Positions 22,031 through 32,196 of a stretch of 64,000 nucleotides of DNA are shown here, piece after piece. Each line of letters begins with the position of its first letter. Within the stretch, counting starts at the first letter, position 1. The notes under the pieces are model-generated. The model was not told the origin of the DNA. It worked only from the letters and a program-made list of their open reading frames with translations, and searched no databases. Origin of the DNA: an uncultured Verrucomicrobiae bacterium. Lineage in GTDB: Bacteria; Verrucomicrobiota; Verrucomicrobiia; Chthoniobacterales; UBA10450. Both the position numbers and the translations under genes were made by a program. The stretch spans positions 1,568,001-1,632,000 of the forward strand of contig CAVYXA010000001.1 in assembly GCA_963772365.1 (NCBI GenBank), written 5' to 3'.

Positions 22031-23016
22031 TTTTGGCCGTGACTTTCAATTCTCTTATTCCGCCAAAGGACGAATGGTTCGCTCCCGACGCCGAGCCTCC
22101 TCCGTGGTTCGATGTTCTCGTTTACGATCACGGCCAATTTCCGCCAAAGGCCGACAAGAAAATCGTCTTTCATGCGGTGAATAAATCCGGGTCGCTTTGT
22201 TTGGATCGAGTAATTCGCGATTCGTTTTGCAGGCAAGGACGCAAGCACGAATTTTGTTCACACTATCACTCTGGGTTAACAGTTGAGAGATTTGTTGATG
22301 TTATTCGAACATCTGCTCCGCCCCGATTTTTTATTGGCCATCAGTTGTTCGGGAGAGTACCTCTGGGCGACCCGACTTTCACGATAATTACTCAGTTCCG
22401 ACACCCGCTCCCTCGGCTGTTGTCCTGCTATGAATGGACTCGCAAAAGGCACATTGCAAACGGAGGAACTCTAGAGAGTTTTTGTAGCTTCGAACAGTTT
22501 GTGCGCCGCGGTGCTGGAAAAAGCCACAGTCAGATAATCCAATTTGCCGCTAAATCAGGCGAAGATTCGCTAGCGATTCGGAGGTCGCTCACACCGAGAA
22601 AATTATTCGAACGCTCGCTCGAAAATATCGAGCGGTATCTCTATTTCGCAGGTATCGCGGAAATGTTTGAAGAGACAATCTTTCTTGTGGCGCACATCTG
22701 TGGTATCCAGAAGGTTCCACCGTGGAAAAGGGACCGGAGAAATGTCGAGCGTCCCATGGCTTGGACTTTAGCGCAGGAAACAATCAATCTCGTGCACGAA
22801 GTTTACCGCTACGATTTCGAGCTTTACGACTGGGCAAAACGACGACTTGAGCAATTGTTGCGCAAGATCACTCTCGCCGGTGATTTCGCTGCGTATCAGC
22901 GAAAATGCAATGATCAGTCCAATGATCGCTTGCTGTCCACCCATCAGCAAGCCGCGCGGCTGGCTTCGGCAGGGCAGCCGACTGATCAAGATTCTCGCGC
23001 GGCTCGGACAAGTTGA
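22027..23016 (+). CDS. Sulfotransferase family protein (sulfotransfer_2-like)
   Basis: VFHAVNKSGS (5'-PSB-like), ITQFRHPLPRLLSCY (3'-PB-like) and C-terminal YRYDFELYDWA. Confidence 0.7.
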   Translation: MILAVTFNSLIPPKDEWFAPDAEPPPWFDVLVYDHGQFPPKADKKIVFHAVNKSGSLCLDRVIRDSFCRQGRKHEFCSHYHSGLTVERFVDVIRTSAPPRFFIGHQLFGRVPLGDPTFTIITQFRHPLPRLLSCYEWTRKRHIANGGTLESFCSFEQFVRRGAGKSHSQIIQFAAKSGEDSLAIRRSLTPRKLFERSLENIERYLYFAGIAEMFEETIFLVAHICGIQKVPPWKRDRRNVERPMAWTLAQETINLVHEVYRYDFELYDWAKRRLEQLLRKITLAGDFAAYQRKCNDQSNDRLLSTHQQAARLASAGQPTDQDSRAARTS

Positions 23017-23089
23017 TTTTGACAGGCCGTGAGGCGAGGATTCGCTGTTTTCCTAGCATGCTTGGAGTCACCGGGATAAACTACCCAAA

Positions 23090-26000
23090 ATGCAGGTAAT
23101 AGTTTTAGGAATGCACCGCTCGGGCACGTCCGTGCTGGCCCGCTTGCTGAACATGATGGGCATCTATTTCGGCCCGGAAGGCGTCGCGACTAGGGCAAAT
23201 CAGGAAAATCCAAAAGGCTTTTGGGAGCGCCGCGATGTGCGTCAGGTAAACGATCGTTTGCTGCAAGCCGCAGGTGCGGACTGGGACAAAGTGGGAAGCT
23301 TTGCAATCGAAAAAATTCCGCAGCAAGCGCTCGAAAAAATCCAGCCGGAAATGCGCTCGATCCTGCTCGATCTCGACGCACATCGGCCCTGGTTTATTAA
23401 GGAACCGAGATTGTGTCTTCTTTTTCCGGTTTGGCAGCCGTTACTCGAAATGCCAATCTGCATCCACATCCATCGTCATCCGTTGGAAGTAGCTCTTTCA
23501 CTACGGGAACGAAACGGCTTTTCCATTCCGTTAGGCTTGGCTCTATGGGAGCGATACACCTTGGCGGCGTTCACAGCGACTACTGGTCTGCCCCGAATTC
23601 TAATTCCTCACGCACAGCTCCTAAGGTCACCGATGGAAACTCTGCAGGTCCTGGCGGGGCGATTGGTTGAGTCCGGAATGCGTGGACTGCGGGAGCCTGC
23701 CGAAGCGGAGATCAACGCGTTCATCAAGCCAAATCTTCACCATCATCGGTTCGACGATCACTCGGAGGTTCGAGATTATCTGCTCAAAAACCAACGCGAG
23801 TTACTGAAGCTGATCGAGTCCAGCAGAATTCTCGACAGACCTGCAACTGAGCTTCCCGATCTCTCCGCCTACTCGCTGGATCTGCTCAAGGCCCACGATT
23901 TTTCTCGTGAAAAGTTACTGGAACTCCGTAACCAACTGATCGAATCGGAAACGAAGATTTCGGCGCTCAAAGGGAAAGTACAGGAAAAGAATCTGGCTCT
24001 CCTCAACCGCGAGCAAAGAGCGACTATCGAGAAACAGACTCGAACCCTCCAGCAGCAAACCGAAAAAATCCAAGCCCAACAGGGAGCAATCGAGCGGCGC
24101 GAGCAGCAGCTTCGGCAGCAAAGTGAAAAGATCCTGGCCCAACAGCAAGCAATCGAGCAGCGTGAGCAGCAGCTTCGGCAGCAAAGTGAAAAGATCCTGG
24201 CCCAACAGCAAGCAGTCGAGCGGCGCGAGCAGCAGCTTCGGCAGCAAAGTGAAAAGATCCTGGCCCAACAGGAAACAATCGGGCGGCGTGATTACGAACT
24301 CCAGCTTTTCAGAGATGCTGAAAACCGCTGGAAGAAGGATTATGCCAATTTAGCCAAGTGGTCGGATCGCGTTCTCGACGATCTGAGCCGGGTTCTAGAA
24401 TCCAACCGCTGGCGTATAGGCTGCTGGTTGAGTCTGAAGTCTTCCGGCAGTACGAGCAAGGAAGCCAGGCGATTGGCTCAATTGCTGGCAAAGCGGCCGC
24501 AGCCACAAGCCTCGACAGCGATTGGTGAGAACAAAGACGTAGATCGGTTAGGATTACGCCCGGGAAACCGACCGGGTATTCCAAATCTACAAGAGCAGCC
24601 TGCTCCAGCGGCTCGTTCGCTTCATCAAGTTCTGGATCCTAGCCGATCATTAGCATCGTCTCAGCCGGAGCTGTTAAAAAAAAAGTGTGACGAAGCGCTC
24701 GCCTTTCGATTGATATCATCGGCGCGGAATGCCTTGCCTCGACCGCCGAGGCATATCCCCGAAACTGCGTCCGTGTGTTGCATTGTCCTGCATCAGGCAG
24801 GCGAAGAGCGTCTGCAGAACCTGCTAAGCTCCTTCCTACAGGTGAACACGTTCAAGCCGGTCGAGTTTCGCATCGTCTTGCACGGCTGCGCCGATAGGAG
24901 CCGCCAAGTGATCGAGTCGTTTCAGGATCGCTTATCTATTGATGTCACCGAGTACGCTGACAACAAATCGTTCGCCTATTCTAACAATCGCGTAGCAGAA
25001 GCGACCGATGCGCAGTATCTGCTTTTCCTCAATGACGATATCATTTTCCAGGATGATGTGATCCCGGAACTCGTTCGGTGCTTGCAAGATTCGAGGAACG
25101 GTCTGGTGGGGCTGCGGCTATTCTTTCCCAGCGGCCGAATGGGAAAAAGCGCTATCCTTCAGCACGCCGGAATCAAATTTTCTTCCGATCCCAAACATTT
25201 TTTCTATCGGCCGTTCAATCTAGGAATAGACCAACTCCTACCAGACAGTTCTCAGGTCCTGGAGAAATTTCCTGCCGTCACCGCAGCCTTAGCTGGTTGC
25301 AGACGGGCCGATTTTCTGGCCCTTGGCGGATTCTGCGAAAAGTTTCGATACGGTTATGAGGATGTCGATCTTTGTTTATCATTTCGCAGGGTTTTTGGTC
25401 TGCGATCGGTTTCGGCGAATTATGTCTCATGCATTCATGACGAAAGCGCCACGAGACGGGCCGACAGCAGCGAGGAAAGAAGAGAACGCAGCCTCGCCAA
25501 CATTGATCAATTAGTTCGACGTCACGGCTGGTACCTGCGCCGTCAGATCATGAGAGACAGAATGCTTGGCGGACTGTTTTTTTCTGATCAGCCACTTACC
25601 GTCGCCCTCACAGTAACAGAATCTGGCGACACTGCCGCTGCAGGCGATTTCTTTACAGCCTCAGAGTTTGGCCGCGCCTGCGAAGAAGAATTCGGCTGGC
25701 GAATACGTTACCTTTCTGCCGAAGAGGATTGGTACGACGTCGAGGGTGTCGATGTGCTGATCGTGCTGCTCGATTCATACGAGTTGGCCAAGGTTCGCAA
25801 CGCAGCTCCCGAATTGCTGAAAATCGCCTGGCTGCGCAACTGGTTCGACCGTTGGGCTTCACGAGCTGATTTCGATGCCTATGATTTGTATCTCTGTTCC
25901 TCAAAAAAATCCGCTCGCTGGCTGCGGGATGTGCACCGCAAACCAGCCTGGTTTTTTCCCCTGGCCACAAATCCAGATCGATTTACCAGAGGCAAACCGA

Positions 26001-27535
26001 CCAAAAGTATGCGATCCGACTATTGCTTCACAGGCAGCTACTGGCAGGCTGATCGTGACATCGCGACGGCGATCGCTCCGGCGAAGCTCCCGGAATATCA
26101 GTTCACGGTTTTTGGCAAAGGTTGGGAAGCCCACCCCAACCTCGCCGGCTATACTCAAGGCTTCAGGCCGTACTGGCAGATGCCGAATGTTTATGCCTCA
26201 ACCCGCGTGGTTGTGGATGATGCCAATCACGTCACCAAAGAATGGGCATCGGTGAACAGCCGGGTTTTCGATGCTCTGGCCGCCGGCGCCCTGGTCATCA
26301 CGAATGGGGAAGCCGGAGCCGCCGAATTATTCGATGGACAATTGCCGACCTACAGTTCTCCGGAAGAATTAGAGGCACTGCTCCGGCAATACTTGAGTAA
26401 TGAAGAGGAGCGACGCGGTTTAGTTGATCGGTTACGAAGGCAGGTGCTGTCTCGGCACACGTACCGCCATCGGGCTCGCAACCTCAAGCGTATTCTGATC
26501 GATCGCGCCCGGCGCGGCTACAGAATCGCGTTCAAGATCGGCGCACCTAGCCGCGAACAAGCCCGACACTGGGGAGATTATCATTTTGCGCGCTCACTCG
26601 GGCGTTGTTTCGCCGCCAAAGGTCATTCGTTTCGGATCGATTGCCTGGACGAGTGGGAGCGTCCGGAAACCTTTGGTGATGATGTGGTAATTGTCTTACG
26701 CGGTCTGAGTCGTTACCGGCCCAAGCCCGGCCAGATTAACTTGATGTGGAACATCAGCCATCCAGACAAGATCGACGAAGGAGAATACGAAGAGTTTGAT
26801 CACGTCTTTGTAGCTTCTGAAATTTACGCAGCGGAACTCGCAACCAGGCCAGGAATCTCGGTGAGTGCTCTGCTTCAATGCACTGATCCCGAAGTTTTTT
26901 ATCCGGATCCAAATCCGGAAATTCCATCGGAGAAGCTTCTCTTTGTGGGCAATTCCCGCAAGCAGTATCGCGAAGCCGTGCGTTTTGCGGTTGAGGCGGA
27001 ACTGCCACTTGGCGTTTATGGCACGCATTGGCCGATGTTTATTGCGGCCGATTACATCCGGGGCGAATTCATCGACAACTCCTCCCTGCGCCAGCACTAC
27101 AGCCGATGTGAAATCTTGCTGAACGATCACTGGCCTTCCATGCGGGAGGCCGGTTTTATTTCGAATCGGCTTTTCGACGGCGCGGCGGCAGGCGCTTTTG
27201 TCATTTCCGACGCAGCGGAAGGAGTAGCCGAAATTTTCGGTCCCGATCTGGTAACTTACAAGAGCCAGGCGGAGTTTCTGGCTGCGGTTGACTATTATCT
27301 GGCGCATCCGGATGAGCGGCGGAGGCGGGCCGAGCGGGTGCGGGCTCGAGTTTTGGAGGGGCATATTTTTGCCGATCGCGCCGAGGAGATTCTCACCAGG
27401 ATTCGCGACTTGGATCGAGAAAAGCGAAGTCCTGGCTACCTGATACTTCCCGAGAAGGACGACGGGAGCACTACTTTACCAGTCGCTCCAATGACGCTCG
27501 TGACGGCGAGCTCCGGCCAGCCGGGATACAAATGA
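23090..27535 (+). CDS. Multidomain protein: sulfotransferase, coiled coil, GT2 and two CgeB/Glyco_trans_1_2-like glycosyltransferase domains
   Basis: IVLGMHRSGTS...NPKGFWE...IKEPR; Gln-rich 21-aa repeats; YLLFLNDD, AVTAA and YEDVDLC (GT2); VNSRVFDALAAGALVI and ISNRLFDGAAAGAFVISD (two GT-B modules). Confidence 0.88.
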   Translation: MQVIVLGMHRSGTSVLARLLNMMGIYFGPEGVATRANQENPKGFWERRDVRQVNDRLLQAAGADWDKVGSFAIEKIPQQALEKIQPEMRSILLDLDAHRPWFIKEPRLCLLFPVWQPLLEMPICIHIHRHPLEVALSLRERNGFSIPLGLALWERYTLAAFTATTGLPRILIPHAQLLRSPMETLQVLAGRLVESGMRGLREPAEAEINAFIKPNLHHHRFDDHSEVRDYLLKNQRELLKLIESSRILDRPATELPDLSAYSLDLLKAHDFSREKLLELRNQLIESETKISALKGKVQEKNLALLNREQRATIEKQTRTLQQQTEKIQAQQGAIERREQQLRQQSEKILAQQQAIEQREQQLRQQSEKILAQQQAVERREQQLRQQSEKILAQQETIGRRDYELQLFRDAENRWKKDYANLAKWSDRVLDDLSRVLESNRWRIGCWLSLKSSGSTSKEARRLAQLLAKRPQPQASTAIGENKDVDRLGLRPGNRPGIPNLQEQPAPAARSLHQVLDPSRSLASSQPELLKKKCDEALAFRLISSARNALPRPPRHIPETASVCCIVLHQAGEERLQNLLSSFLQVNTFKPVEFRIVLHGCADRSRQVIESFQDRLSIDVTEYADNKSFAYSNNRVAEATDAQYLLFLNDDIIFQDDVIPELVRCLQDSRNGLVGLRLFFPSGRMGKSAILQHAGIKFSSDPKHFFYRPFNLGIDQLLPDSSQVLEKFPAVTAALAGCRRADFLALGGFCEKFRYGYEDVDLCLSFRRVFGLRSVSANYVSCIHDESATRRADSSEERRERSLANIDQLVRRHGWYLRRQIMRDRMLGGLFFSDQPLTVALTVTESGDTAAAGDFFTASEFGRACEEEFGWRIRYLSAEEDWYDVEGVDVLIVLLDSYELAKVRNAAPELLKIAWLRNWFDRWASRADFDAYDLYLCSSKKSARWLRDVHRKPAWFFPLATNPDRFTRGKPTKSMRSDYCFTGSYWQADRDIATAIAPAKLPEYQFTVFGKGWEAHPNLAGYTQGFRPYWQMPNVYASTRVVVDDANHVTKEWASVNSRVFDALAAGALVITNGEAGAAELFDGQLPTYSSPEELEALLRQYLSNEEERRGLVDRLRRQVLSRHTYRHRARNLKRILIDRARRGYRIAFKIGAPSREQARHWGDYHFARSLGRCFAAKGHSFRIDCLDEWERPETFGDDVVIVLRGLSRYRPKPGQINLMWNISHPDKIDEGEYEEFDHVFVASEIYAAELATRPGISVSALLQCTDPEVFYPDPNPEIPSEKLLFVGNSRKQYREAVRFAVEAELPLGVYGTHWPMFIAADYIRGEFIDNSSLRQHYSRCEILLNDHWPSMREAGFISNRLFDGAAAGAFVISDAAEGVAEIFGPDLVTYKSQAEFLAAVDYYLAHPDERRRRAERVRARVLEGHIFADRAEEILTRIRDLDREKRSPGYLILPEKDDGSTTLPVAPMTLVTASSGQPGYK
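24086..24274 (+). repeat. Coding tandem repeat, 3 x 63 bp near-identical, with degenerate flanking units
   Basis: Units start at 24086, 24149 and 24212 and encode AIERREQQLRQQSEKILAQQQ; degenerate units at ~24023 and 24275. Confidence 0.95.
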
Positions 27536-27682
27536 AGTTCGGCCCGCTGGCTGGAAGATTATGGCGAAGAAAACGTCTTGCTAATGCGAAAAGGACCGAC
27601 GAAAATTCCGGTTCCTCGCCGCCGCGCTTGTGCTTTGGTTTGCATCGTTGTCTTTCGCAGGAGCTTGTCTTAAAGGAGAGAT

Positions 27683-28660
27683 TTGAGTTATCAAAGCTAC
27701 GACGATAGTCCCGGGATTTCCAAATCCGAGGAGAAACTGCGCGCTCTGCGCATACCGGCGAAGTTGACCGGGAAATCGGTCTTGGACCTCGGGTGCAACG
27801 AAGGCTATTTCGCGATTGAGATGAAGCGGCGGGGTGCGTCCAGGGTCGTCGGTCTCGATCATAACGAAAAGGCAATCGCAGGGGCGCGGCAGCGGGCGAA
27901 CGATGCCGGGCTGGAAGTCGAGTTTATCTGTGGCGACATGTTCAGCATGCCAGATGGCCCTTTCGATCTAGTCCTGCTCCTGTCGGCGCTGCATTACATT
28001 ACGGAGCCGGGAAAGCTCTTTAGGCAGATTCATCGTGTCTTGGCACCAGCAGGCATGTTGCTGTTGGAGTGCGGAGTGGCTCCCAGTTATGGCCAAACTG
28101 TACATCGGGCCTTGCGATCGATCGACGATGCGCTCTTTCCCACGTTTGAACTATTACGAGACGTCTGGCTGGCCGATTTCGCGGTCCGGCTGACAAGCAG
28201 AAGCCCGAATCAGGCTGGTGATCCGATTCCGCGTAGTGTCTATCATTGTCATCGCAGCAAGCCAATCGTGATGCTGGTAGAAGGTGCTGGCGGTGCGGGA
28301 AAGAGTGTGCTCGCCTCTAGATTCTCCTCGGCCGTCATCATCAGCACCGATGTTTTGTTCTCGCCCGCGCGCTCTTCCGGACGAATGTTCTATCCAGAGG
28401 AACAAAAGCTTTATGATACCACTAAAATCAAATTCAATGGTTCGCATCGTTTGGCTTGGGAGAGCTTGAAAGAGGATGAACGAGTGCGACAATTCTTTGT
28501 GCAGACGATTGCGCGTGCGGTCAGGCTGTGTCATGCAGCGCTCATGGTGGTCGAAGGACATGTTATCTCCGATCTTGCCGCAGAAATAGTCAAGCTTCTC
28601 GAGCCGGACTACCGGTGCTGGAGAGCGAACGCCGCCCCGAGGCTGCCCTTGTCTAAGTAG
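27683..28660 (+). CDS. Class I SAM methyltransferase fused to a C-terminal P-loop kinase-like domain
   Basis: VLDLGCNEGYF and FDLVLLLSALHY; MLVEGAGGAGKS (Walker A) and MVVEG. Confidence 0.8.
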   Translation: MSYQSYDDSPGISKSEEKLRALRIPAKLTGKSVLDLGCNEGYFAIEMKRRGASRVVGLDHNEKAIAGARQRANDAGLEVEFICGDMFSMPDGPFDLVLLLSALHYITEPGKLFRQIHRVLAPAGMLLLECGVAPSYGQTVHRALRSIDDALFPTFELLRDVWLADFAVRLTSRSPNQAGDPIPRSVYHCHRSKPIVMLVEGAGGAGKSVLASRFSSAVIISTDVLFSPARSSGRMFYPEEQKLYDTTKIKFNGSHRLAWESLKEDERVRQFFVQTIARAVRLCHAALMVVEGHVISDLAAEIVKLLEPDYRCWRANAAPRLPLSK

Positions 28661-28678
28661 CGCTTCTGACAGTCTGCG

Positions 28679-29647
28679 ATGAAAGACTCCGATTTAGGCA
28701 CAAGTGCGGCCAGCTCCCATCTCACTAGCGACTCTTCTAATGTTATTGGACGTCATTGGTCGCAGCGTCGCGCTCAGACTGACGCTGCCGGCCGCGTCTT
28801 GAAGCTGCGCTGGTGGCAACATGCGCCCATCCTTCGCCATATCAACCAACTCGTCTGCGGCGAGGCAGTTGATGGATTTTCCGCGGGTCTCACCCTTGGC
28901 GCGCGCAGATTGCTGGCGGGTCGACTGCCACTCGAAAAAGGAATCTCTGTAGGCTGTGGCAACGGGAGCAAAGAAATGACTTTGATAAAGGAGAATTTCG
29001 TCTCTTCGTTTGATCTTTTTGAGTTGGCGGAGACTCGCATTGCCGACGGTCGAGAGTTGGCGCGCAAGCGCGGGCTCGCTGAGATGGCCCACTTTTTCCA
29101 AGGCGATGCGTTCATTCTGGCAGATCGGCCGGAGCAATACGATCTCGTTCACTGGAACAACTCGCTCCATCACATGCTGAATGTGGAGACTGCAATTGAG
29201 TGGAGTTGGAAAGTATTGAAGCCAGGCGGGCTTTTTTATATGGACGACTTTGTGGGCCCGGATCGGTTTCAGTGGTCTCAACAGATGGTTCTGGTTGCTA
29301 CAGCTGTGCGGCAAGCGCTTCCCGATCGTTTCCTGGCAAATCCGCACAAGCCCGGCTCCCTCCTTTCGCGGATTATGGCAAAACCTAACTTTGACAAGAT
29401 GCTGCAGACCGATCCTTCCGAAGCCGCAGATTCGAGCCGAATCCTCAACTGTGTCCGCAAGCGATTCCCGCGTGCCGAAATCACTCTAACAGGTGGTACG
29501 ATCTATCACCTTGCACTCTCGGATGTGCTGGTGAATTTCTCTTACCCGGAAGACTCTGAATTGCTGAATCGATTGCTTAATTTAGACGATATGTGCATTG
29601 CCGGCGGCGAAACGCACTACGCCACCGCCTTAGCGTTCAAGAATTAA
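28679..29647 (+). CDS. Class I SAM-dependent methyltransferase
   Basis: ISVGCGNGSKE, YDLVHWNNSLHH and LKPGG. Confidence 0.88.
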   Translation: MKDSDLGTSAASSHLTSDSSNVIGRHWSQRRAQTDAAGRVLKLRWWQHAPILRHINQLVCGEAVDGFSAGLTLGARRLLAGRLPLEKGISVGCGNGSKEMTLIKENFVSSFDLFELAETRIADGRELARKRGLAEMAHFFQGDAFILADRPEQYDLVHWNNSLHHMLNVETAIEWSWKVLKPGGLFYMDDFVGPDRFQWSQQMVLVATAVRQALPDRFLANPHKPGSLLSRIMAKPNFDKMLQTDPSEAADSSRILNCVRKRFPRAEITLTGGTIYHLALSDVLVNFSYPEDSELLNRLLNLDDMCIAGGETHYATALAFKN

Positions 29648-29662
29648 AACAGCGCTTTGCAG

Positions 29663-29878
29663 ATGACTCAGCGACTTGGGCCTAATTCTCCGGCGGGAAT
29701 CCAGAAGGTTCACGTCGGATGCGGTCCGCATGCAATTCTGCCCGAATGGTGGAACGTGGATATTTACAAATTTGAGGGAATCGATACGAGGTGAGTGACG
29801 GATTTCCCTCTGTTGTAATCTTTGAAGCCACCCGCGAGGCGTCGGCTCCCGCTCGTTCCCAACCCTTAACCGACGATG
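29663..29878 (+). pseudogene. Internally deleted copy of the methyltransferase at 31382-32032
   Basis: 29641-29754 is identical to 31360-31473; 29786-29878 matches ~31899-31990; about 0.39 kb is missing. Confidence 0.9.
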
Positions 29879-29910
29879 CGACCGCCGCCGCGGAGTATGA
29901 AGTTACTTAG

Positions 29911-30663
29911 ATGCTCTCTTTGAAAGATAGATCGCAATTGCCTCCCTTTCCGCCGGCCTCGCTCATGTTTATGGGCGAGACGGAGGAGACCGCGCGTCGA
30001 AATGGAGCCACGCTTTTGCGGGTTGTCGACGGACTTTACGACCGTAGTGGGCTCATACTGGATCTCGGGTGCGGCTATGGTCGCCTCGCCTACGCGCTGT
30101 GCGACAGCGGCTTCGCAGGCACTTACATTGGGTACGACATAAAAGCCGGTGCAATCGAGTGGTTAAACGAGAATTTTACCACCACCTGCCCGCGGTATCA
30201 GTTTGTCCATATCGATGTCCAGAACGATCGCTACAATCCCAGTGGGCGAGAACAGGCTACTGCCTTTAGTCTACCACCGCCGCCCCGGCCACCAACTCTT
30301 ATTCTGCTTCTCTCGGTCTTTACTCACATGTACGGAGAGGCAGTCGCGCAGTATCTCCGCGCCTTGGCCCAGGTGATGGACAGGCATTCGCTTGCTTACG
30401 CTACGTTCTTTCTGGTTAACGCCGAACAACAGGCACTTGAGAATGAAGGCCGGACCAAATGGTCATTTCCACATGTTATCTCGAAGGACTGCCGCTGCCA
30501 TTCAGCCGAGAATCCGCTCTGGGTGGTCGCTTTCACTGATGAGTGGGTCGATCGCGCTATCGCCGCGGCTGGCCTTAAAATCGAGAAAAAGCTATATGGC
30601 CACTGGGCGGGCCGCCGTGGCGCGCGGGTAGGTCAGGATACGTTTTTGATCCGAAAAGCCTGA
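29911..30663 (+). CDS. Class I SAM-dependent methyltransferase
   Basis: ILDLGCGYGRLA and SVFTHM; paralogous to 32197-32970. Confidence 0.9.
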   Translation: MLSLKDRSQLPPFPPASLMFMGETEETARRNGATLLRVVDGLYDRSGLILDLGCGYGRLAYALCDSGFAGTYIGYDIKAGAIEWLNENFTTTCPRYQFVHIDVQNDRYNPSGREQATAFSLPPPPRPPTLILLLSVFTHMYGEAVAQYLRALAQVMDRHSLAYATFFLVNAEQQALENEGRTKWSFPHVISKDCRCHSAENPLWVVAFTDEWVDRAIAAAGLKIEKKLYGHWAGRRGARVGQDTFLIRKA

Positions 30664-30734
30664 GTGGGAGATCAGCTCTAGCGCGGCGACTCTGCTTTAT
30701 TGCCCAACGATTATCCTTCCTTGCACAAAATCAG

Positions 30735-31195
30735 ATGAATTATCAAAGCCACGCGGACAGGCCTGGAGTCTCAAAATCTGTCGAGAAACTTCGCTCGCTC
30801 CACTTACTCGGGGGGCAAGAAGGGTGCTGGGGATCGATCATAATGAGAAGGTCATCTCCGCGGCGCGGCAGCGGACACTGAAGGCAGGGTTGGAGGTTGA
30901 ATTTATTTGTCGGGATATCCTCGATCTGGCTGCAGAAAAATTCGATTTCGTGCTGCCTTTGTCCGCGCTTCATTACACCGCGGATCCTAAACAGCTCTTT
31001 AGGCGCATTCTTCAGGTTTGTCGCCGAACGGGAAACTGGTTCTGGAATGTGCGGCGGCTCCGGCAAAAGCATTTCTTTCTTACACACTGTCAGCACTCTG
31101 TGACTATCAGCACGGATTTTCTTTTTTCGCCCGCGCGCGGAATGCGGGCCGGATGTTTTGTCCAGAAGCACAAAAATTGTACGATGAAGAAAAGA
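30735..31195 (+). pseudogene. Decayed paralog of the methyltransferase/P-loop fusion at 27683-28660
   Basis: Fragments MNYQSHADRPGVSKSVEKLRSL, GIDHNEK...GLEVEFIC, LSALHY, ISTDFLFSPAR and GRMFCPEAQKLYD lie in different frames with large deletions. Confidence 0.88.
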
Positions 31196-31217
31196 TGCAA
31201 CGGCTTTGTTTAGGAGT

Positions 31218-31366
31218 ATGAAAGAAGTTGAAATGTCCGACCAAGGGGCGCCGAAGTCGCCTTCAAATGCTATGTTTGAGGCAATAGCGGACCACTGGTC
31301 TAAATCCCGTAGATGTGTGGATTCAAAAAGGGCGTGTGCCAAAAACCCGTTGGTGGCAGGAATTAA
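31218..31366 (+). pseudogene. 5' remnant of a paralog of the methyltransferase at 28679-29647
   Basis: AGGAG + ATG; translates ...IADHWSKSRRCVDSK/GRVPKTRWWQ against IGRHWSQRRAQTDAAGRVLKLRWWQ, then joins directly to the terminal GAATTAA. Confidence 0.75.
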
Positions 31367-31381
31367 AACAGCGCTTTGCAG

Positions 31382-32032
31382 ATGACTCAGCGACTTGGGC
31401 CTAATTCTCCGGCGGGAATCCAGAAGGTTCACGTCGGATGCGGTCCGCATGCAATTCTGCCCGAATGGTGGAATGTCGATATTTCCAACTTTGAAGGAAT
31501 CGATGAGGTGCTCGATGCTACTGAGCCTTGGCCATACATTGACCTCCACTATGTCTATGCGGAGCATTTTCTCGAACATTTGGCACTAGATGAAGCAATC
31601 CGGTTTCTTGTCCATGCAGGCCAGAGCCTTCGAAAAGGCGGTGTTCTTCGCCTCTCGACCCCTAATCTCGAATGGGTTCTTCACACGCATTTTGAGACAG
31701 GTGCGATTGACTCCTTCCGAAAACTCATGCAGACCTTGCGAATTAACCGAGCGTTCCACGGATGGGGCCATAAGTTCCTCTATTCTGCGGAAATGCTTGC
31801 CTACATCTTGGAGTCGATCGGATACGGCTCTGTCGTTGCTTGCGGCTATGGACGCAGCGCTCATCCCCATCTGGATAATCTCGAGCAGCACGGCAAATAC
31901 GAGGTGAGTGACGGATTTCCCTCTGTTGTAATCTTTGAAGCCACGCGCGAGGAGTGGGCTCCCGCTCCTTCCCAAGAGTTAACCGACTATTTGGACGAAA
32001 ATTATCTCCGCTACGTCGAGGCGGGCTTTTGA
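31382..32032 (+). CDS. Methyltransferase domain protein (type 11-like)
   Basis: KVHVGCG...WWNVD, YAEHFLEHL, LRKGGVLRLSTPNL and GHKFLY. Confidence 0.85.
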   Translation: MTQRLGPNSPAGIQKVHVGCGPHAILPEWWNVDISNFEGIDEVLDATEPWPYIDLHYVYAEHFLEHLALDEAIRFLVHAGQSLRKGGVLRLSTPNLEWVLHTHFETGAIDSFRKLMQTLRINRAFHGWGHKFLYSAEMLAYILESIGYGSVVACGYGRSAHPHLDNLEQHGKYEVSDGFPSVVIFEATREEWAPAPSQELTDYLDENYLRYVEAGF

Positions 32033-32196
32033 ACAAAGAACGCCGGAGTGTATGTAGGGCAGGAGCCTCAACGCCAACAGGGCCAGAACAAAATGATCGG
32101 ATTTCGCACTCTGTCTCCAAACCGTCGGTGTGATACGTTTCGAAGCTTCCACTACCATATCGCCACGTTTCGGTAAGCGGCTATAATCACTTCATT

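Noticed and set aside
24086..24274. Direct repeats as a CRISPR array
   Set aside because: Contiguous in-frame coding repeats without spacers; no cas genes in the window.
30743..31579. 278-aa minus-strand ORF inside the island
   Set aside because: It lies antisense to recognisable methyltransferase remnants and the intact gene at 31382, and shows no motifs.
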